A stretch of DNA of 64,000 nucleotides from Lama glama (lineage: Eukaryota): positions 75,952,001 through 76,016,000 of the forward strand of contig CM052817.1 of the NCBI GenBank assembly GCA_028534125.1. Direction: 5' to 3'. Of this stretch, positions 11,325 to 26,375 are shown piece after piece; the stretch's first letter is position 1, and each line of letters begins with the position of its first letter. The position numbers and the translations under genes were made by a program. The notes below the pieces were generated by a model. The model was not told the DNA's origin. It did no database searches and worked only from the letters and a program-made list of their open reading frames with translations.

Positions 11325-12041
11325 GAGCCTCAAGTTAAGAGAGTTACTGTGCTGGAGGAGGGATTAATCCCGTCTACCAAGGGAAAATTGAACCAGTACT
11401 CCACAGTGGAGGTGAGAAATCCTTGTCTGGACTATAGGAGATCCCTTAGAGCAGCTCTTAGTATTACTGTGCCCTGTGATTAAGGTCCATAAAAAACTAC
11501 AAAAACCTAATCCAGGCAAGACGATGAATGGCAGACTCCTCCCAAGTGAAGTTCAGGGTCACCCCGTCAGGTGAAAAACCATGACCAGCTGAGGCACTTG
11601 CTGAAGACAAAGGGGATACAGAGTGAATAATGGAATGAGGTAGTCATCAGTACCCACCACAACCACGTGGCCAGTTACAGAACTGAGGACTGTAATTGTC
11701 ATGAGTACTTCCTCCTTATCTTGCTATGAATCTGTGTATTTGTGTGTGTGAGCAAGTGTCTTTTTTCTTTCCTCCTGTTTTCTCTTATCATGTGAAATAG
11801 GATGTACTGAGTTATTTATAGTATTTAGTATTGTTAATTTTATACTATTTTATTTGAGGTATGAGATATCAAGGAAGAGAGTAAATATCACTCAAGGACT
11901 TTAGCTCCTCTTCTGCGAAGGGGTTTGTTTGTTCACAATTGTACCATGTGAGGCAGAATTATGACTGTTAATTGCTTTTGGTTGGAGATTAATTACAGTT
12001 TAAGGAGATAGGTATAGGTACCAACTTTACAAGGAGTAGAC
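11325..12041 (+). mobile_element. ERV-L internal region, 3' part
   Basis: 'gagttactgtgctgg...ggagatcccttag...tgccctgtgattaaggtc' is typical of ERVL internal sequence; ends in PPT-like 'aaggagtagac'. Confidence 0.75.
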
Positions 12042-12275
12042 TTATGATGACAACTTCATATGTCAACTTGACTGAAATACAGGGTGCCCAAATATTTGGC
12101 TAAACATTTTTTCTGGGTGTGTCTGTGCTGATTTTTCTGAATAAGATTAACATTTGAATCATTAGACTGAGTAATGCAATTTACCCTCTCCATTGTGAAT
12201 TGGTATCACTCAGTCCCTTGAGGATCTGAATATATCCTATTGATTTTATTTTTCTGGAAAACTCTGACCAATACA
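12042..12275 (+). mobile_element. MLT2-type 3' LTR, internally deleted
   Basis: 'atgtcaacttgactg...gggtgcccaaatatttggctaaacatt...ctggaaaactctgaccaataca'. Confidence 0.75.
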
Positions 12276-12929
12276 TTGGCCTAAATTTATATTCAAAGTT
12301 TTCTTACAGCTCTAATTTAGCATAATTTGAGGATTATATAAATATAACAAAATTAAAATATGGTAACAACTAGATAAAAGGGAATGACCAAAGTTAAAAT
12401 GAATCAGTGAGAGATGAACTCTGGTTCTTTTGTCAAATCTCTTCTACATTGTATAATCCACACTCTAACCCTAGGTGTAATACTTCAAACACAATTCTTA
12501 TATTTTCCCAGTTTTTACTTTTCCACAATGGAAAGTGCAATGTTACACCACATTCTATCTCTAAAGTATCTCAAATTGTACTTTCTGTTGCTACCAAATA
12601 TTTGTATACGTTGTCCTTGTCTGCTATGTCTAACAATTTGAATAATAATTATAGTTTAACAATGTATTAGTCAAAAAATGCCAAGACCATTTTCAACTTG
12701 AGGAAGGCAATTCCTGTTGTGGACTTCAGTTTTCTTATTTCTGAAATGGATGAGGTTACCACTGCTTTCTCTGAACTCTGAGATGTGACGAATCTATAAA
12801 GAAATGAAGAAAATACCATTATAAATATATGTTAATAAAAGAGGAGTTGTGGATACAGGATATTAGGTAACATACTACATGTGACTGATTTCAGCAGTTT
12901 GAATATGAGCGTGTGTGTTTGTGTGTATT

Positions 12930-14560
12930 CATTCTACTTGTTCTTCTCTGAACTTAATTGAATCTATGGTTTGTTGCTTGTTATTAAGTTTGGAAAATTA
13001 TTAATTATTTTCATTCAAATGTTTCTCCTCTTCAGTTATCTTTCTCTTCTTTGAGATTTCAACTGCACGTGTATTATTTCATTTGATATCCTCCATGGCT
13101 CTTGGATTCTCTGACTTTAGATTTTGATTGTTTTACTATTTTTTCACATCATGTTTTCTTTTCTCTAAGTTTACTGATCTATCTTCAGATTCACTGGTTC
13201 TTTCCTTGGCCATATCAAGGCTTTTGATGAGCCCATAAAAGGCATTTTCATGACTGCTTCTAGAGTATCCATTTCTATCATTTCTATTTGACTTTTTGTC
13301 ATAGTTTCCATCTTTTTGCTAGAATCACCGGCTTGATCTTGCATTGAGTCTACCTGATGATTAGAGCTTTTAATAAGTTAATTATGGTTATTTTACATTC
13401 CCTTTCTGATGGTCTCAATATATATGTCACATCTGAGTCTGGTTCTGTTTTCTTTGTCTTTTGATAGGGTTTTGATGCCTGTTTTAAAATATTTTATGTG
13501 CCTCCTAATTATTTCTGTTCAAAATCAGACATCTTATATAGTATAGTAGAAGCAGATGTAAATGGTATCTTTGTCCCGAAATAGACAAAACTTGCTTTGT
13601 GAAAGGGCTTTACTGTGGGGATCTGAGTCAGTCTGGTCAGTGAGTGAGCTTGGTTTGGGATTTGCTGTTGCTTACCCACAGTGTATCAAAGGGTTCACAT
13701 TTCTCTAAGGTCACTTGTGGTTAAGATGGAGGCTGGTTTACCACTCATTCTTTGTTTAACTCTCAATTTTATAGCATTCCTTTCTGCTGTACTTCAAAAT
13801 GGGCCTCTCTTGTCTCCCAATATTTGACTGTTACTTTTTAGTCCATATTTGCTAGCTTTGTGGTGACAGTGGGAATTGTCCCACTATTCTATTTCGGCCT
13901 CTGTCTTAGGTGGTTACTGTGTTCTTGTAGGGAATTCTCAGAAGTCTTTCTCCTTCCCTTCTCTAGTATGGGCCAAGCATATATTCCTACCCTGTCCTAG
14001 TGGTAGAGGGTTTTTTACTTTCCTTTAACTCAATGCAGTGGATTTTCACCAGTGCTCAAAGGCAGCAGTGTTTGCTGTCCCTCTCTTAGTAGCTTAAGGT
14101 TTTGATTCAGTAAAAGAGATCGGGGAATGGATCTGGGCAGATTCTGTTTCTTTACTGTAGCCACTGCCATTCTCATTCCCAGGCACTCACCATGAGGGAA
14201 TCCTTCTCTCATTTCACAGTGATATTTTACTGAGGACCTTGTCTGATTTATGGAGAGACGCCTGCAAACTGTATGAAAATTCCCCTTGTATCTACAACCC
14301 CCAGAGGTTCTACGTTTTCTGGCTAGTGCGTACTTGCCCTTTATCAGTTCATGAACAACTGCTGCTCAGTTCTTCTTCCTGGTCTCCAGAGACACCTGCC
14401 CCAGATAAGCAGGTATTCATACCCTCTGCCGTGGTAAGCACTTGTTTTTTCCTTAAATTTCAAGTTAGTTGGTTGCTTGGTGATAGCATCTCTCTGATGG
14501 GTTTGAAGTTTGTGAATTTGTAGATGGTTTGACTTTTATTGTTGCTATTATACAGTGGGA
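12930..14560 (-). mobile_element. Old L1 (L1M) 5'/ORF1 region, decayed
   Basis: T-rich + strand with L1M ORF1-type antisense text ('aagtttggaaaatt...attcaaatgtttctcct', 'atctgagtctggttctgttt'). Confidence 0.6.
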
Positions 14561-16294
14561 ACAATGCCTTTTTCAAATTTTATATTCCAGGCAACAACCT
14601 GGAAGAAGTCTTTCGCTTCTCAAAGAATCTTTTGTACTTTCGGTTTGGTCAAGCTGTGAACTTGGGCAGGCAAATTTTGAAGAGCTTTAATTTCAATTCC
14701 TCCACTCAATTCAGAAATGTCTTTTACCAAATTATTTAATTCACTATATCCTCTATTATCAGTAATTGAAGAGAAGACACATAGATTCTTCGTGAGATAA
14801 CCCTAAATTTAAATTGCCAGTATTTCTGGTAACAAGCCCATAAGATCATCAGAAATTTCAGAGTAGTTAGCGTGTCTTGATTTTGAAGTTTCCTAAACAG
14901 TACTGTGCCTCCAAACTAGGTAACATAGAAAAAAATCTAAGAAAAATTATTTCTAAAGATTGTTCAGCTCAGTAGTTTAGGGAAAGAATAGGACTTTAGC
15001 TCAGAGAAACTAATTACTGTTGATAATCCTATCACATTAAAATAAAAAGAAAAATCTTTTTGATACTTTTCCTCTTCTTTCTGCCACCAAAGTATCATAT
15101 CCACAGATTTAATATGTATTCATTCTGTTGCAGCATAATATGTGACATCCTTTATATAATAGTATTTTAAAAACTGGATTATCTCTTCTCAAAATCATAG
15201 CTTAGAAGGATGGACTTACATTCCTTCTAATAATCATTTGTGATGCACACTGTATATGATATGTACAAATTATATTTGAATTATTCCACTGGAAAACTGA
15301 CAGTTCTATGATTTGGTATTATCAGATTAGATATCATATAGTACTGAGTGACATTTCGCTGTTTAAATTACTTTATAACTTCAAGGCCATGAAAAACTCT
15401 GAAGAATCTTCTGAATAATATTTTTCTTGTATTAAATTACATATTAGGAATTCTACTCTATTATATTTGCATTGAAATTTTTGATTTTGAGTCATCCATA
15501 GATAGTCTGCATACTACATCAATTCCTGTATTTGCCTAAAACAGATAATTCTGTTCATTAACTGCATCAGTGACCAACATTCCCATAGTATTGCCTAAGT
15601 TTGACTAAATATTAGATGTATATATGTTTTTTCAAATTCTATCCAACTTTGAGTTCCCATACCCTGATAAAAGTCAGCATGTTTCCCATGTTCATTTGGC
15701 TTTTGGCTTATGTAAGGCAGACATTTTTGTCAGTTGTCTTATATCTTTATATTTTGGGGGGTTTCCACAAAATGTACTCTAACTTTTTTCTATATGTCAC
15801 TAGGAACAGGGTAAATATCACCAAGTAACCTCTTATTAGTTACTCCCCCAAGTTAATAAATTTTATTCACTATCAACCTGACTAGATTAAGAGAAGCAAG
15901 TTACATGTTGAAATTATCATAGTCCATGATTTGTTCTTGGTGGTCTTTGATGTTTTGAGTAAAATACCCCATAAAATATTCTCATGATCTATGCAACTTT
16001 TCACTGAGCTCAATAGGATACCCCAAACCAAACAAAAAACTAATGTCTGTAAGGAGACATCTAGGAACACAACAGATACTAATGAACATGGGAAGGAAAA
16101 ATATATTACCTTACAGGTAAGTTGCTTTAAATATTATTGCTTGGAATTATTAAAAACAGAATGGTAAAGGGGGAGCCTTCATTATCTCTACTTTTGATTG
16201 CTTGTCCAAACTGCTTCATTTGGAATTGTTGTTGTTGTTCAGATATAAAAACTGTACATGTCCTTTATAAGGAGCTTTAATATATAGTAGAAGA

Positions 16295-16432
16295 AAAAGA
16301 GAGAGAGAAGGACAAAAGAAGGAAAGGGAGGTGGAGAGGAAGGGAAGGAAAAGGGAGGGAAAAGGGAGAAAAAAGAGGGAGGGAAGAAATAAATGGTAAA
16401 GGATAGAAGGAAGGGAAGGAAGAAAAAAAAGA
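16295..16432. repeat. GA-rich low-complexity tract
   Basis: Imperfect (GGAA/GA)n polypurine run. Confidence 0.8.
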
Positions 16433-18466
16433 TGATTTAGCTAATCACCTCTTTAATTACTCTTGCCTGCACTCCATCAAAAAAGAAAACATGCTTTCTG
16501 TGTATTTAGGTTATAATTTTCTCAATTCTAGGGGTTATAGTACTGTTAATAGATGTTGAAGGTGTAATAAATAGTAAATTAAACAGGTGTTTCACTCATG
16601 AGGTAATTTTCTACATAGTGGGCAGGTTCTTCATTTTTCCTTGGATCATCATTTATTACCACACAAACTGTCTTACATATTACGCATTAAGCTCACCGAT
16701 GTATCATCAGGAAATTTATTTTGCCTGTGTACCACAACACTATCTTTGCTCACAAATATTTGTTTTTACATGATGATGATCCAGATCTCATGATTTAAAC
16801 ACTGAAATTAGCAGCTGGAGAGAAAGTGTCTTTAAGAAGAGATAATTAGGGGAGCTGCTTCAAGAGTTACTGTCTTCGTAAGACATGACATTCTTAAGAG
16901 TCATGTTCCTAACCTCCACTTAGATCAGAGGGGAAAATAAAACTCATTAAAGTTTCACATCATATCATGAAGTGAGCATGACTTTTGCCCACTTATATTA
17001 ACCTTTTAATTTTTCTTTTACTCAGAACAAAAAATTATCTGTTTTATGGGAAGTTTTTTGATTGATGAAAAACTAGTTATGTTTAAGTTTATAACAATGG
17101 TAAACATAAAATTATTTTAGCTGATTAACTTTTTAAGAAACAAAAACTTATTTTGGAATTGGAAGAGGTAATTAATACCTATGTGTTCAATCATGAAAGA
17201 AAAATTTCCATTAACAAATATAGATATATTTGAAACAATCTCAAAATCTATAAAAGTAGTTTAAAACAGCCAACATACTGCTTTTCAAAGAAGAGGTCGT
17301 AGCACACATTTCCAACTGCATTGAAATAATATACCATAAATATTTATTGATATTTTAAGAAGTGTCACATTAACTGGTGCTAGATTTTAAACCAGTCAGC
17401 ACATGCCCATTATTAGACTCAGCTGGGAGTCTCCAAGGACACAACCCTAGGACTGTTTATAATAGAATTGCAAGAGCTGAAACAACAAACTAAAAAACAA
17501 AGTTGATCAGCAAAAATTCTTTGAACGGAACACTTTCTTTGCACACTATGTTATAAAATAAAGCTTCCCAAAAGACCTTGATTATTCTTTAATAATGTCA
17601 GCAATCAGCAATCAAGAGGCCCTATGTCTAAATAGAGGGAAAACATTGGACTGCCCCAAGTAAGTCAAGTATTGATGTCTGCATCATGCATGTCCTTGAC
17701 AGACAGTTGAGGGATTTCATACAACATGGCAGAATCAATGTCAGTTGGCTCTGCTTTCCAGGAAATAAACATATATTTACTTAGCAATTGATGTTGCTAA
17801 TCTAGAATATTTTTAATAATCAATTGAATGCAATCCTATGAAATACTTATTATGCAACTCCTGAAATAGGGACACTAAACCAAACCAAACAAATAACAAA
17901 AACTGGTTTGCCAGCAGCAATGTATTCCCATCACATTTTTGTTTATTCAGAAATAATTTAAAAAATTATTCTCAGTTCCATAAAGAATTCTATCCACAGA
18001 ATGCTGCAATAAAGACTCATGAATTCTCTGGGCCATGACATCTGGAAGTGTTCCAGCCAGAACCTTATCTAATACACAATCCATATGGCACTTGACTAGA
18101 AGCAGAACTTCAGAGAGATTCAGGCTGTAGCTCAGCTGCTCTTTCTCAGGGCACCCAGTGAATCATCTCCAAACTCATCTACTACTCTGTGCTTGAGGGA
18201 CCATTTTAGTTAGCTGGATATCTAGTAGCTGAATGGAAGTCCTTTATTTTTCTCTTGCTTTTATTAGTGATGTTCTATACCTGGTATTTTAACCTGTAAC
18301 CTCATTTCTTAATCTGCTAAATTTAGAATCTTGTATGATTTCTTTCTACAACCGCAGTAGAGAGAAACGTATTTGAAGAATGGGATGCTTGAGTCCTTTT
18401 TTATTGTTTACATCGTGTAAAGCCCTGGGCCTTATATGATTATATATATTAGAATATACATATATA

Positions 18467-18501
18467 TGTGTGTGTGTGTATGTGTGTGTGTGTGTGTGTG
18501 T
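18467..18501. repeat. (TG)n microsatellite
   Basis: Seen directly. Confidence 0.95.
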
Positions 18502-19794
18502 ATCTTTAATGTATTTTATTTGAAATCACATTATGTGCATTTTGCTTTATATATTTGTAAGTCATAGAAAACTTGTATATTTTGGAAGCTCAGATCTAAA
18601 ATGTGATATGACAATAACTGATCAAAGTCGATGCAAAAAGTCACATCCTATGAGGTTTTACCAATTACCAATTTGAAATGTTTTAATTCATAGAAACTTC
18701 TACACTGATTACTATGGATAGCATATTTTGATTTTATGATAAAGATAACAAATTTACTGTGTACTTATATAACAGGAACTTTCTAAATTCTTTATAATGG
18801 AATCTCTCATTCAATTTCTTTCAAATAATTTGAGGCTGGTACAGTTAGGGCCAATCTATGGGTAATTAAGTTGAAGCACTTCCTGTTGTGTAATCTATCC
18901 AAAGTCTCCCAACAAATAAGTAGTGCAATACGGATACAATACTATACATAGTCTTTCTGAAAAGTGAGTTAAATAGGCAGAAATATCATCTTCTAGGTTT
19001 AAAGCACCCATCTTAAAAATGCACACGTATTTGAATTTGTAGATCAGATGATTATTACCTGAGGTTGAAAGAGACTCTACAAAGCATATAGTTTACTATC
19101 ATGCTATTTATTTCTGCAAAAAATTCAACTTTGTCCACTGCTTGTCAGCATACCTCCATTTATCTTGAACACTTATAAGAGAATTTCATTTTAGTTTGAA
19201 ACTACTTGATCTTTACTTCTTTCTACTGAGATTTGTTCCAGAGACAGAACATTTCGGCCTCTGCTTTGCAGCACCTACTTTTAAAATCACTAGATTCCCA
19301 TGATGACAGACGACACTATGTACCAAGAAGAAAATGTCAAGATATGTGTTATTGTCAAAAGTGTCTGACACTGTTGAGATTGAACCTAGAAGCTTAACTT
19401 AAAATAAATATGCTCTCTAAAATGTCCTTATCATAGTCTTCATGTTATCACCACACTAAGGGTTTGCTGCGCTGTTTCTCTTCTTCTTCTTAAATTAACT
19501 GAATAAGTCACAGCTTCCATAGACACTGCATATGATGGCTTCATGCATGAGGGTGGGGAAAAGTTATGCCATTTATCTGCATAAGGGGGAGAAAACTTGG
19601 AGCAGTCATAAATAAGCCTGCAGAAAGTAAGATTGCCTGTATGGAATGATGGACAGTATTAAAAATGAAAAAAGAAAATTACATTAGATTTAGAAAATTT
19701 TTCTTAAACTAATAAATAGTCTCACTATAGGTTAAAAAGATTTATTTTTCTCTACCAAAGATTTTGTATTAGAGTGCTATATATAAATATACAG

Positions 19795-19830
19795 ACACAC
19801 ACACACAGCACACACACATACATACACACA
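19795..19830. repeat. Imperfect (CA)n microsatellite
   Basis: Seen directly. Confidence 0.85.
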
Positions 19831-19984
19831 GAATTCCTCCTTATCCTATAGAGAAAATGTAGGCCAGATTTCTAAACACAACAAAGAAAAGTGTCTAAAA
19901 GATGTATTATGATTGAAAAATTTTCTATCTAGTAGAAAAAATGATTATGTTAAGGGTTTTTTTCGTTGTTGTTCTGTTAATGTC

Positions 19985-20420
19985 ACCTAAATTTGGGGAA
20001 ATTGGCATCTTTACTATAGTCTGTCTTCTGGTCCAAGAACATGATTTGTTTTTCCACTTATTTAGATCTTATTTGATTTCTTCATTGAGTTTTACAGTTT
20101 TCTGCATGTAGGCCTTATACATATTTTCGGGTTTTTTTGTTTGGTTTGGTTTTCTTTGGCTCGATTGTAAATAGGATGGTATTTTTAATTTTAAATTTCA
20201 ATTGTTCATTGCTACTATATAGGAAAACAATTGATACTGCATAATACTCCTACAACCTGTCACCTTTCTGTAATCACATATTAGTTCCTCGGAATTTTTT
20301 TTGGTTGCTGTTGTTGATTCTTTGGAATTTTATACATAGATAATCATGCCACCTGAGAACAAAGACAATTTTATTTCTTCCTTCCTGATCTATATACCTT
20401 TTATTTTCGTTTATTGCCTT
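19985..20420 (-). mobile_element. L1M ORF2 fragment
   Basis: 'aattggcatctttacta...gaacatg...ttccacttatttagatctt' and 'aaagacaattttatttcttccttcc' match antisense L1 ORF2. Confidence 0.75.
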
Positions 20421-21212
20421 ATGTTTTTGCAGTCAGAAGAATTGTTTTTTCAGTTTTTTCTTCATAGCTGATCAGGGCAAACTTCATTAAAATGATTTGT
20501 TTTAGAGTTAAACACTAATCTTTTACAACTTAAAAAAACTTCAATGATTAAGTAACAGATTTTATATCGAGATATTTCTTACTGGCTTTGTGGAATGACA
20601 GTAGTGGTAGGAGTGAAGTAGAAATAAAACTGATTAAAATTGATTATTCAAATGATTTCTCTTCCAGGAATTCTATCCTAACTTACAACTTGTGCATCAT
20701 TTACGGTTATGAGTACCTAATGGTGTGCCACAGACCTTCTGTTTGCCTTTTCCGATTCATTCTACATCGTGTTTTACCAGGTTCTTTCTTCTGCAAACCA
20801 ATGGGTTAAACGAAATTAATGAAGTTACTTTTCGTCCAGCTTCAAGTTGGGTTCAGACTGTGTAAAGACCCAGACAAAGGAGGCAGTGGTTTCAGAAACC
20901 AGATAGAAGTGCTAGATCTGATGAGTGTTTAAAATTTCCATTCACCAGACCATTGACTAGGAAATTGAATCTAGTCCTGAGACAGGAAAAATAGTCCTAG
21001 ATGGTTTGGGATCTGGTACAGGTACCCAGGGCCACAAATGTACAAAAGAAAAAAATGTGCATCAAAAAAGCAAGAATAAAGAGGAAGTTTGGAGAATAAT
21101 GATATGAAATTACCGAAGATCATCTAAGGTTTTTTTCAGAATTTAGTCTGACTAATATGGATTTTTGACTTTCTATTACAAAACTATATAATAGAATAAG
21201 AAGCTATCTTAT

Positions 21213-21360
21213 TACTACGGCCTGAATTATATTCTCCTAAAATTCATATTTAAGGCCCTAATCCCCAATGTGATATATTTGGAGATAGGTCCTACAAAGA
21301 GGTAATTAAAGTTAAATGAGGTCAGAAGAGTAGGGCCCTGGTAGGATAGAATTAATATTA
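21213..21360 (+). mobile_element. MLT1 LTR fragment
   Basis: 'ctgaattatattctcctaaaattcatat...tatttggagataggtc...ggtaattaaagttaaatgaggtca'. Confidence 0.65.
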
Positions 21361-23689
21361 ATATTAGAAATATCCCACAACAAATTCATGCCAGTGGTAA
21401 TATTTAGAAGTCATTCATTCACCTAATGACAATGGTGCCTCTATAATTATTTTTAAATATCTCTTGAGTAAAGGCAAATCAAGTAGTTGATGCATTTTCA
21501 AGTCTGAAAAAATGATGATTATATGACAATTTGATACTTTCTCAGGTTACTAAGATTGTGATTTACTATTAAAACAGAAATTAAGGAGCCAAACTGTTAT
21601 GATAAACAGTGTAAAAATCAACATGGCACCAGTGCACTTTACTTGTTCCTTAGGCAAGTCAGATCAAGATTCAGTGAATTTATGGCCTTCAATGAAGTGA
21701 AAAGCCAAACTATTTAGATGAAGTCGTGATAGCACACTTCAGTTTACACCATTACGGGCCAGTGAGGAGTAGGTGGGTGGGGAATATAAGATTCTACTTT
21801 ATTACAAGGAGGAAATTTTTTGTAGACCATAATTAGATCATATTTACATTTGTATTTAGGTGCATACATGTTTTACCAAACATTTTTACAGTAAAATGAC
21901 CCACAAAATGCCTTGTAAAGAACTTGTATTCTTAGTGTTCAGAAATTCAACACATGAGATATTCATGGCTGGACAATTTATTGGAAACACTGTATGATTC
22001 CTAATAAACTTTCTAGTATGTTCCAGAAAGATAGACTTCTACACAGGCTGATTTATATTTATTGGTGGCATTCCAATATCCAGTCATTTGGGACATGAGT
22101 AAATTATACAATAGCAGGAATAAGTTTTAGATATAGCAATAATGTTATACTATGTGAATATGCCAACTTTTCATTGCCCATAGACAATAACAGTATCTTG
22201 TTTATTCTTGGTGATTTCCTAAGAAACATAATTTTTTTTGTTGTGATTCAACTTAATCTGTTATTTGACAAATATCAGTGCTGTGTGAATATTTACCTCT
22301 TTGTTTTGGACTTGAAAGGAAATTCAATTTGGAGTTTATACATTTATTTTGTTATAAGAAATTGTGCTAAGTAATAATGCCAACTATTTAAGCAGGTATA
22401 TACTCAGATTGTTCAATAGCTGTAGTAATTAATTTCAAACAGAATTTTATTTTGAAAATAATACTTCTGAAGTATTCTTGAAGTTTAATCCAAATAATAG
22501 ACTATTCTATAAATTATCTATTTTATGGTTTAGAGGTATATAAGATAGAAAACAAAATGAACATTATGTAAACTATTATATATATCTTATATATTTCTAT
22601 GTTAAAAAGTTATTTTTTTCTATGTTAGCATGAACATTGGACCATTGTTTATCATTTGACATCTTCAGGATTCCATTGCAGAAAAAGTTTCTCTAGATAT
22701 TTTAAATAGAAAATGATTGAAGTTTGTGAAATAACTGCTGAATACAGGAGTTGGCTCTAGATGGGGTCTCCAAAAATGACTCCAAGATGTCATGACAGTG
22801 CCTGTTGGAGGAGCTGCTGCTTCTACTCTGCTATGGGGGGAGGGACTGATCTAGCCCCTGGAATGATATCAGTAAGATCCTAGGTCTCCACAGTTCTCCA
22901 CAGCTGTGTTTGTTGACAGAAAACGACTAAGCAAAAGGCCAATAGACCATCAGAATCTCATTGTGATTGCCTCTCACTGATTTAAAGTGATTTGCCAATG
23001 AGAACTCTGAGATATGTCATTTTTAATATTATAGCCTCTTTGGCTGAAGTAGAGCACACTGGGAGAAACAATAGAAAATGAGAACGCTAATCCCACTATT
23101 TATCATAATTTAAAATTACTTTTTAAAAATTTCAGATGCATTTCTTAATCTTTTTCAAAATAAAAGAACAAATTGAAAATGGGAAGACTATTATCCTGAT
23201 GATTAATAAGATGATCCTTATGCATTTTATGCATGAAATCAGATAAATAATTTTACTTTAGTACAATTCCTGGTTTTATATTATGAAATCACAACTAATC
23301 CTTGTCTGCATTCCTGAAATGTCTAATATATTATCCTCAATTTTGTTTAAATGATGAGTTTAATCCTTAAGTAGTAATTGAAAAAGTATAAACGTGAATT
23401 GTATGCTCTCCACATTTATTTTATTAAACTATGATCACATAGAAAGTGAGAGGCTTTCCAGTACCTACAGTTTTTAAAACAGTAGAAAATGAAAGGGGTC
23501 TGAGGGAGGGAAAAAGTAGAAAGAAGGAACACAGTCCTGGAAATGGCTTTCAGCCTGTAGTGACACAGGCCACAGGGGTCTGTGAGCTAATACAATGTTT
23601 TTTCACCCTTGCTAGCAATAAAACAATCTGAGACATTTCAGTTTATATACTCATGACTTTTGGAGTTTTCAGGACGTAGTGAGGCAGTT

Positions 23690-23872
23690 TAGAATATCAC
23701 AAGGCAGAATATCATGAGTCAGATCACAAACACTGGGGCCAGAATGGTCAGGTTTGCTTCAGTTTCTTCATCTGTAAAATAATAATAGAACCTAATACAG
23801 GATTGTTGTGAGTGTTAAATATTACAATCCATATAAAATTCTTAGAATACTGAGTATTCATTCAATAAATCA
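23690..23872 (+). mobile_element. MIR SINE
   Basis: MIR core 'cttcagtttcttcatctgtaaaat...ggattgttgtgag'. Confidence 0.6.
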
Positions 23873-24178
23873 TCTATATTTTTCATGTACATAGCAATGC
23901 TTAAGCATTCTGTAATCATAATTCAGTAAGACATGCTTATCTTCATTTCTACTTAAAATTATAAAAAATTAATTCTGTGATGGACCCCAAGTAGATATTA
24001 AACAGATAGTCATGTGTTTGTTCATTTTGTAAGCAATCGGATTCAGAAAAATAAGAAAAATTACATCCTAAGCACACATTCTCATCCACACATAGACATA
24101 CATAGCATAAGATAAATGGTAAGATAAATTATTATAAATGGTTAAATAAATTATTTAACACTATAACCCTATTTATAG

Positions 24179-24527
24179 TGTTAAATAGGGCTGAATGTTT
24201 GTGTCTGTTCGAAATCTGTATGTTGAAACTCTAATCCCCAAGGTGATAGTATTTGGAAGTGGAGCCTTGGGAAGATAATTAGGAGTAGATTATATCATGA
24301 AGGTGGAACCCCCCTGATGGGACCCATGCCCTTGTAAAAAGAAGAGGCACAGGAATGCTCCCTCTTTTCGAAAGGCTGAGTGAGGACATAATCAGGAAGA
24401 AGGCTCTCACCTGACCATGCTGTCAACTGATGTGGGACTTCTAGTCTCCGGAACTGTGAGGAATAAATTTCTGCTGTTCAGACCATCCAGTCTGTGGTAA
24501 TTTGTTATAGAAGCCCAAGCTAAGACA
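24179..24527 (+). mobile_element. MLT1A/MST-type solo LTR
   Basis: 'gggctgaatgtttgtgtc...gttgaaactctaatcccca...tttgttatagaagcccaagctaagaca'. Confidence 0.8.
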
Positions 24528-26044
24528 AATACTAAGTTATTCTTTGTAGTTATTAGTCAAGAAAAATAGTTAAGTGATTAGTCATGAATATCTCTAAAGG
24601 TGATAAGTTAATTTAGATACCTTTTTTTATAAGGTACAATGAGTGCTAAAATTGATGTACTTCTAAAGGATATATGTAGTTTTCCTTAGGTTCAAAAATG
24701 GAGATTTACCAAAATGTGGTAATTTCATAAAACTGATACGTATAAAAGTTAAACTCCACACAGCCTTTGTTTCATGAATTATAAGACAGTGAGAACACAC
24801 TGAGAAAGCTTTCATGCAGTCAAAAATCTATATCCATGTATTCAAACAACAACATAAATTATAGTACTACATTTTTTAACACTAGTAGAAGAAGATTAAA
24901 TTTTTTTAAAGCTTAAATTAATAAAGAAATTTTTATGGCATTATTTGTAAATACATATATGACAGATTCTTGAAGTTTTAATGAGAATTAAAATTTAGTT
25001 AGAAAGTTAGAACTTTGTTCATTCTTTCATTGAAAAAATCTAGATATCAAATTTTATATAAATAAAGGATTAATGCCCTTGAGAAGTACATCCAATAAAC
25101 ATTCTTCTTCTTCTGTATTTTCCCAATTTTTGTAATTGATTCAGCCTCCTCTTCAAAATCTATCACTGTTGAATGTGGTGATCATCATCTTAAATTTACA
25201 TATATGCGTGTTTCCCAATCTTGTTTAACACTGAATTTTGATGTATTTCTGTTACGGTTTTAAAGCTTGTTTTGGTCCAAGTAGGTGTTGTTAAAATGTG
25301 ATCTTTTTGATCGTTTAGCTGACTTTAATGCTGAGAGGAGGATGATGTCTAAGGAAGCTTGTGTATGGAAATAATGATAGAGGGTGTACTTGGAATTGTA
25401 TGGATACAGCACCGCCAAGCCTGCGCAGGAGTCTTTGGAACCTAACTAATTTTAGAGAGAGGTTTTATTGATTACATAGAGACAGGGCACATTTTAATCA
25501 TTTTTACAGCACTGTATTGCCTGAGGTATCAAAACCACTAAACAAGGATTATAAACTTTGTTTTAAACTGGATTCTTAATTGTTTCTTGATGTATAGTCA
25601 ACAGAAGCTCTATAAGATCAATCAGAGTTACTAAGGTATATTTAAATTATCAGCCTTAATTTTAATCGCTCATATGCCTGAATTTCTGAGGTGCAGCTGT
25701 TCATGAAACTAAATTAGTTGTGTACCTGACAGGAGTTTTGTTTTAAGTTTGGTCCTACCTCCCCCGTATGACATCTTAGCTGCTCTGTTTTTATTTATTT
25801 TAATACTAATGTCTTTTTCTGAACAAAAGATAATTTACTGTATCTTTGCAGAATCCTGATTGGTTTAAGCATGCTACTATGCACTTGGGAAAACAATATT
25901 TAGTATGTTTTAACAGAACATCTATTTTATTGTTATAAATAATTGACTTGTTTGATTCCATGAAAAACTGATTTACATCATTAATTTTAATATAACTAAA
26001 CATATTTAAAGTAAATAGCTTTATTTTACTTTGGGAGGGTGCGG

Positions 26045-26375
26045 AGATAAATAAGTGGAGGTCAGTGAAAATACTCTGATCATTTCAATCACATAATGAT
26101 CAATCGGCACACATCATATATCTGTACAAACCCATAGAACGTACAATGCAAAGAGTGAATCCTAATGTAAACTAGAGACTTGGGTGTCTATGATGTGTGA
26201 ATGTGTGTTCATCAATGATAAAAAATGTACCACCCTGGTGGGGGATGTAGGTATTGGGTGAAGTTCTGCATGTGTGGGAAGAGGAGATAAATGGGCAATC
26301 TCTGTACCTTCTCCTTAATTGTGCTGTGAACCTCAAACTGCTCTATATAAGTAAAGTCTTAATTTTAAAAATTAA
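26045..26375 (+). mobile_element. L1MC 3' UTR
   Basis: 'aaacccatagaacgtacaa...gagtgaatcctaatgtaaacta...tctgtaccttc...gctgtgaacctcaaactgctct'. Confidence 0.8.

Noticed and set aside
16060..16122. Consensus splice donor caggtaagt at about 16115
   Set aside because: Isolated site with no convincing upstream acceptor or coding frame.
25100..25445. Possible minus-strand exon or NUMT (cttggcggtgct resembles mitochondrial 12S rRNA)
   Set aside because: The match is only about 12-15 nt, does not extend, and no frame gives a recognisable protein.
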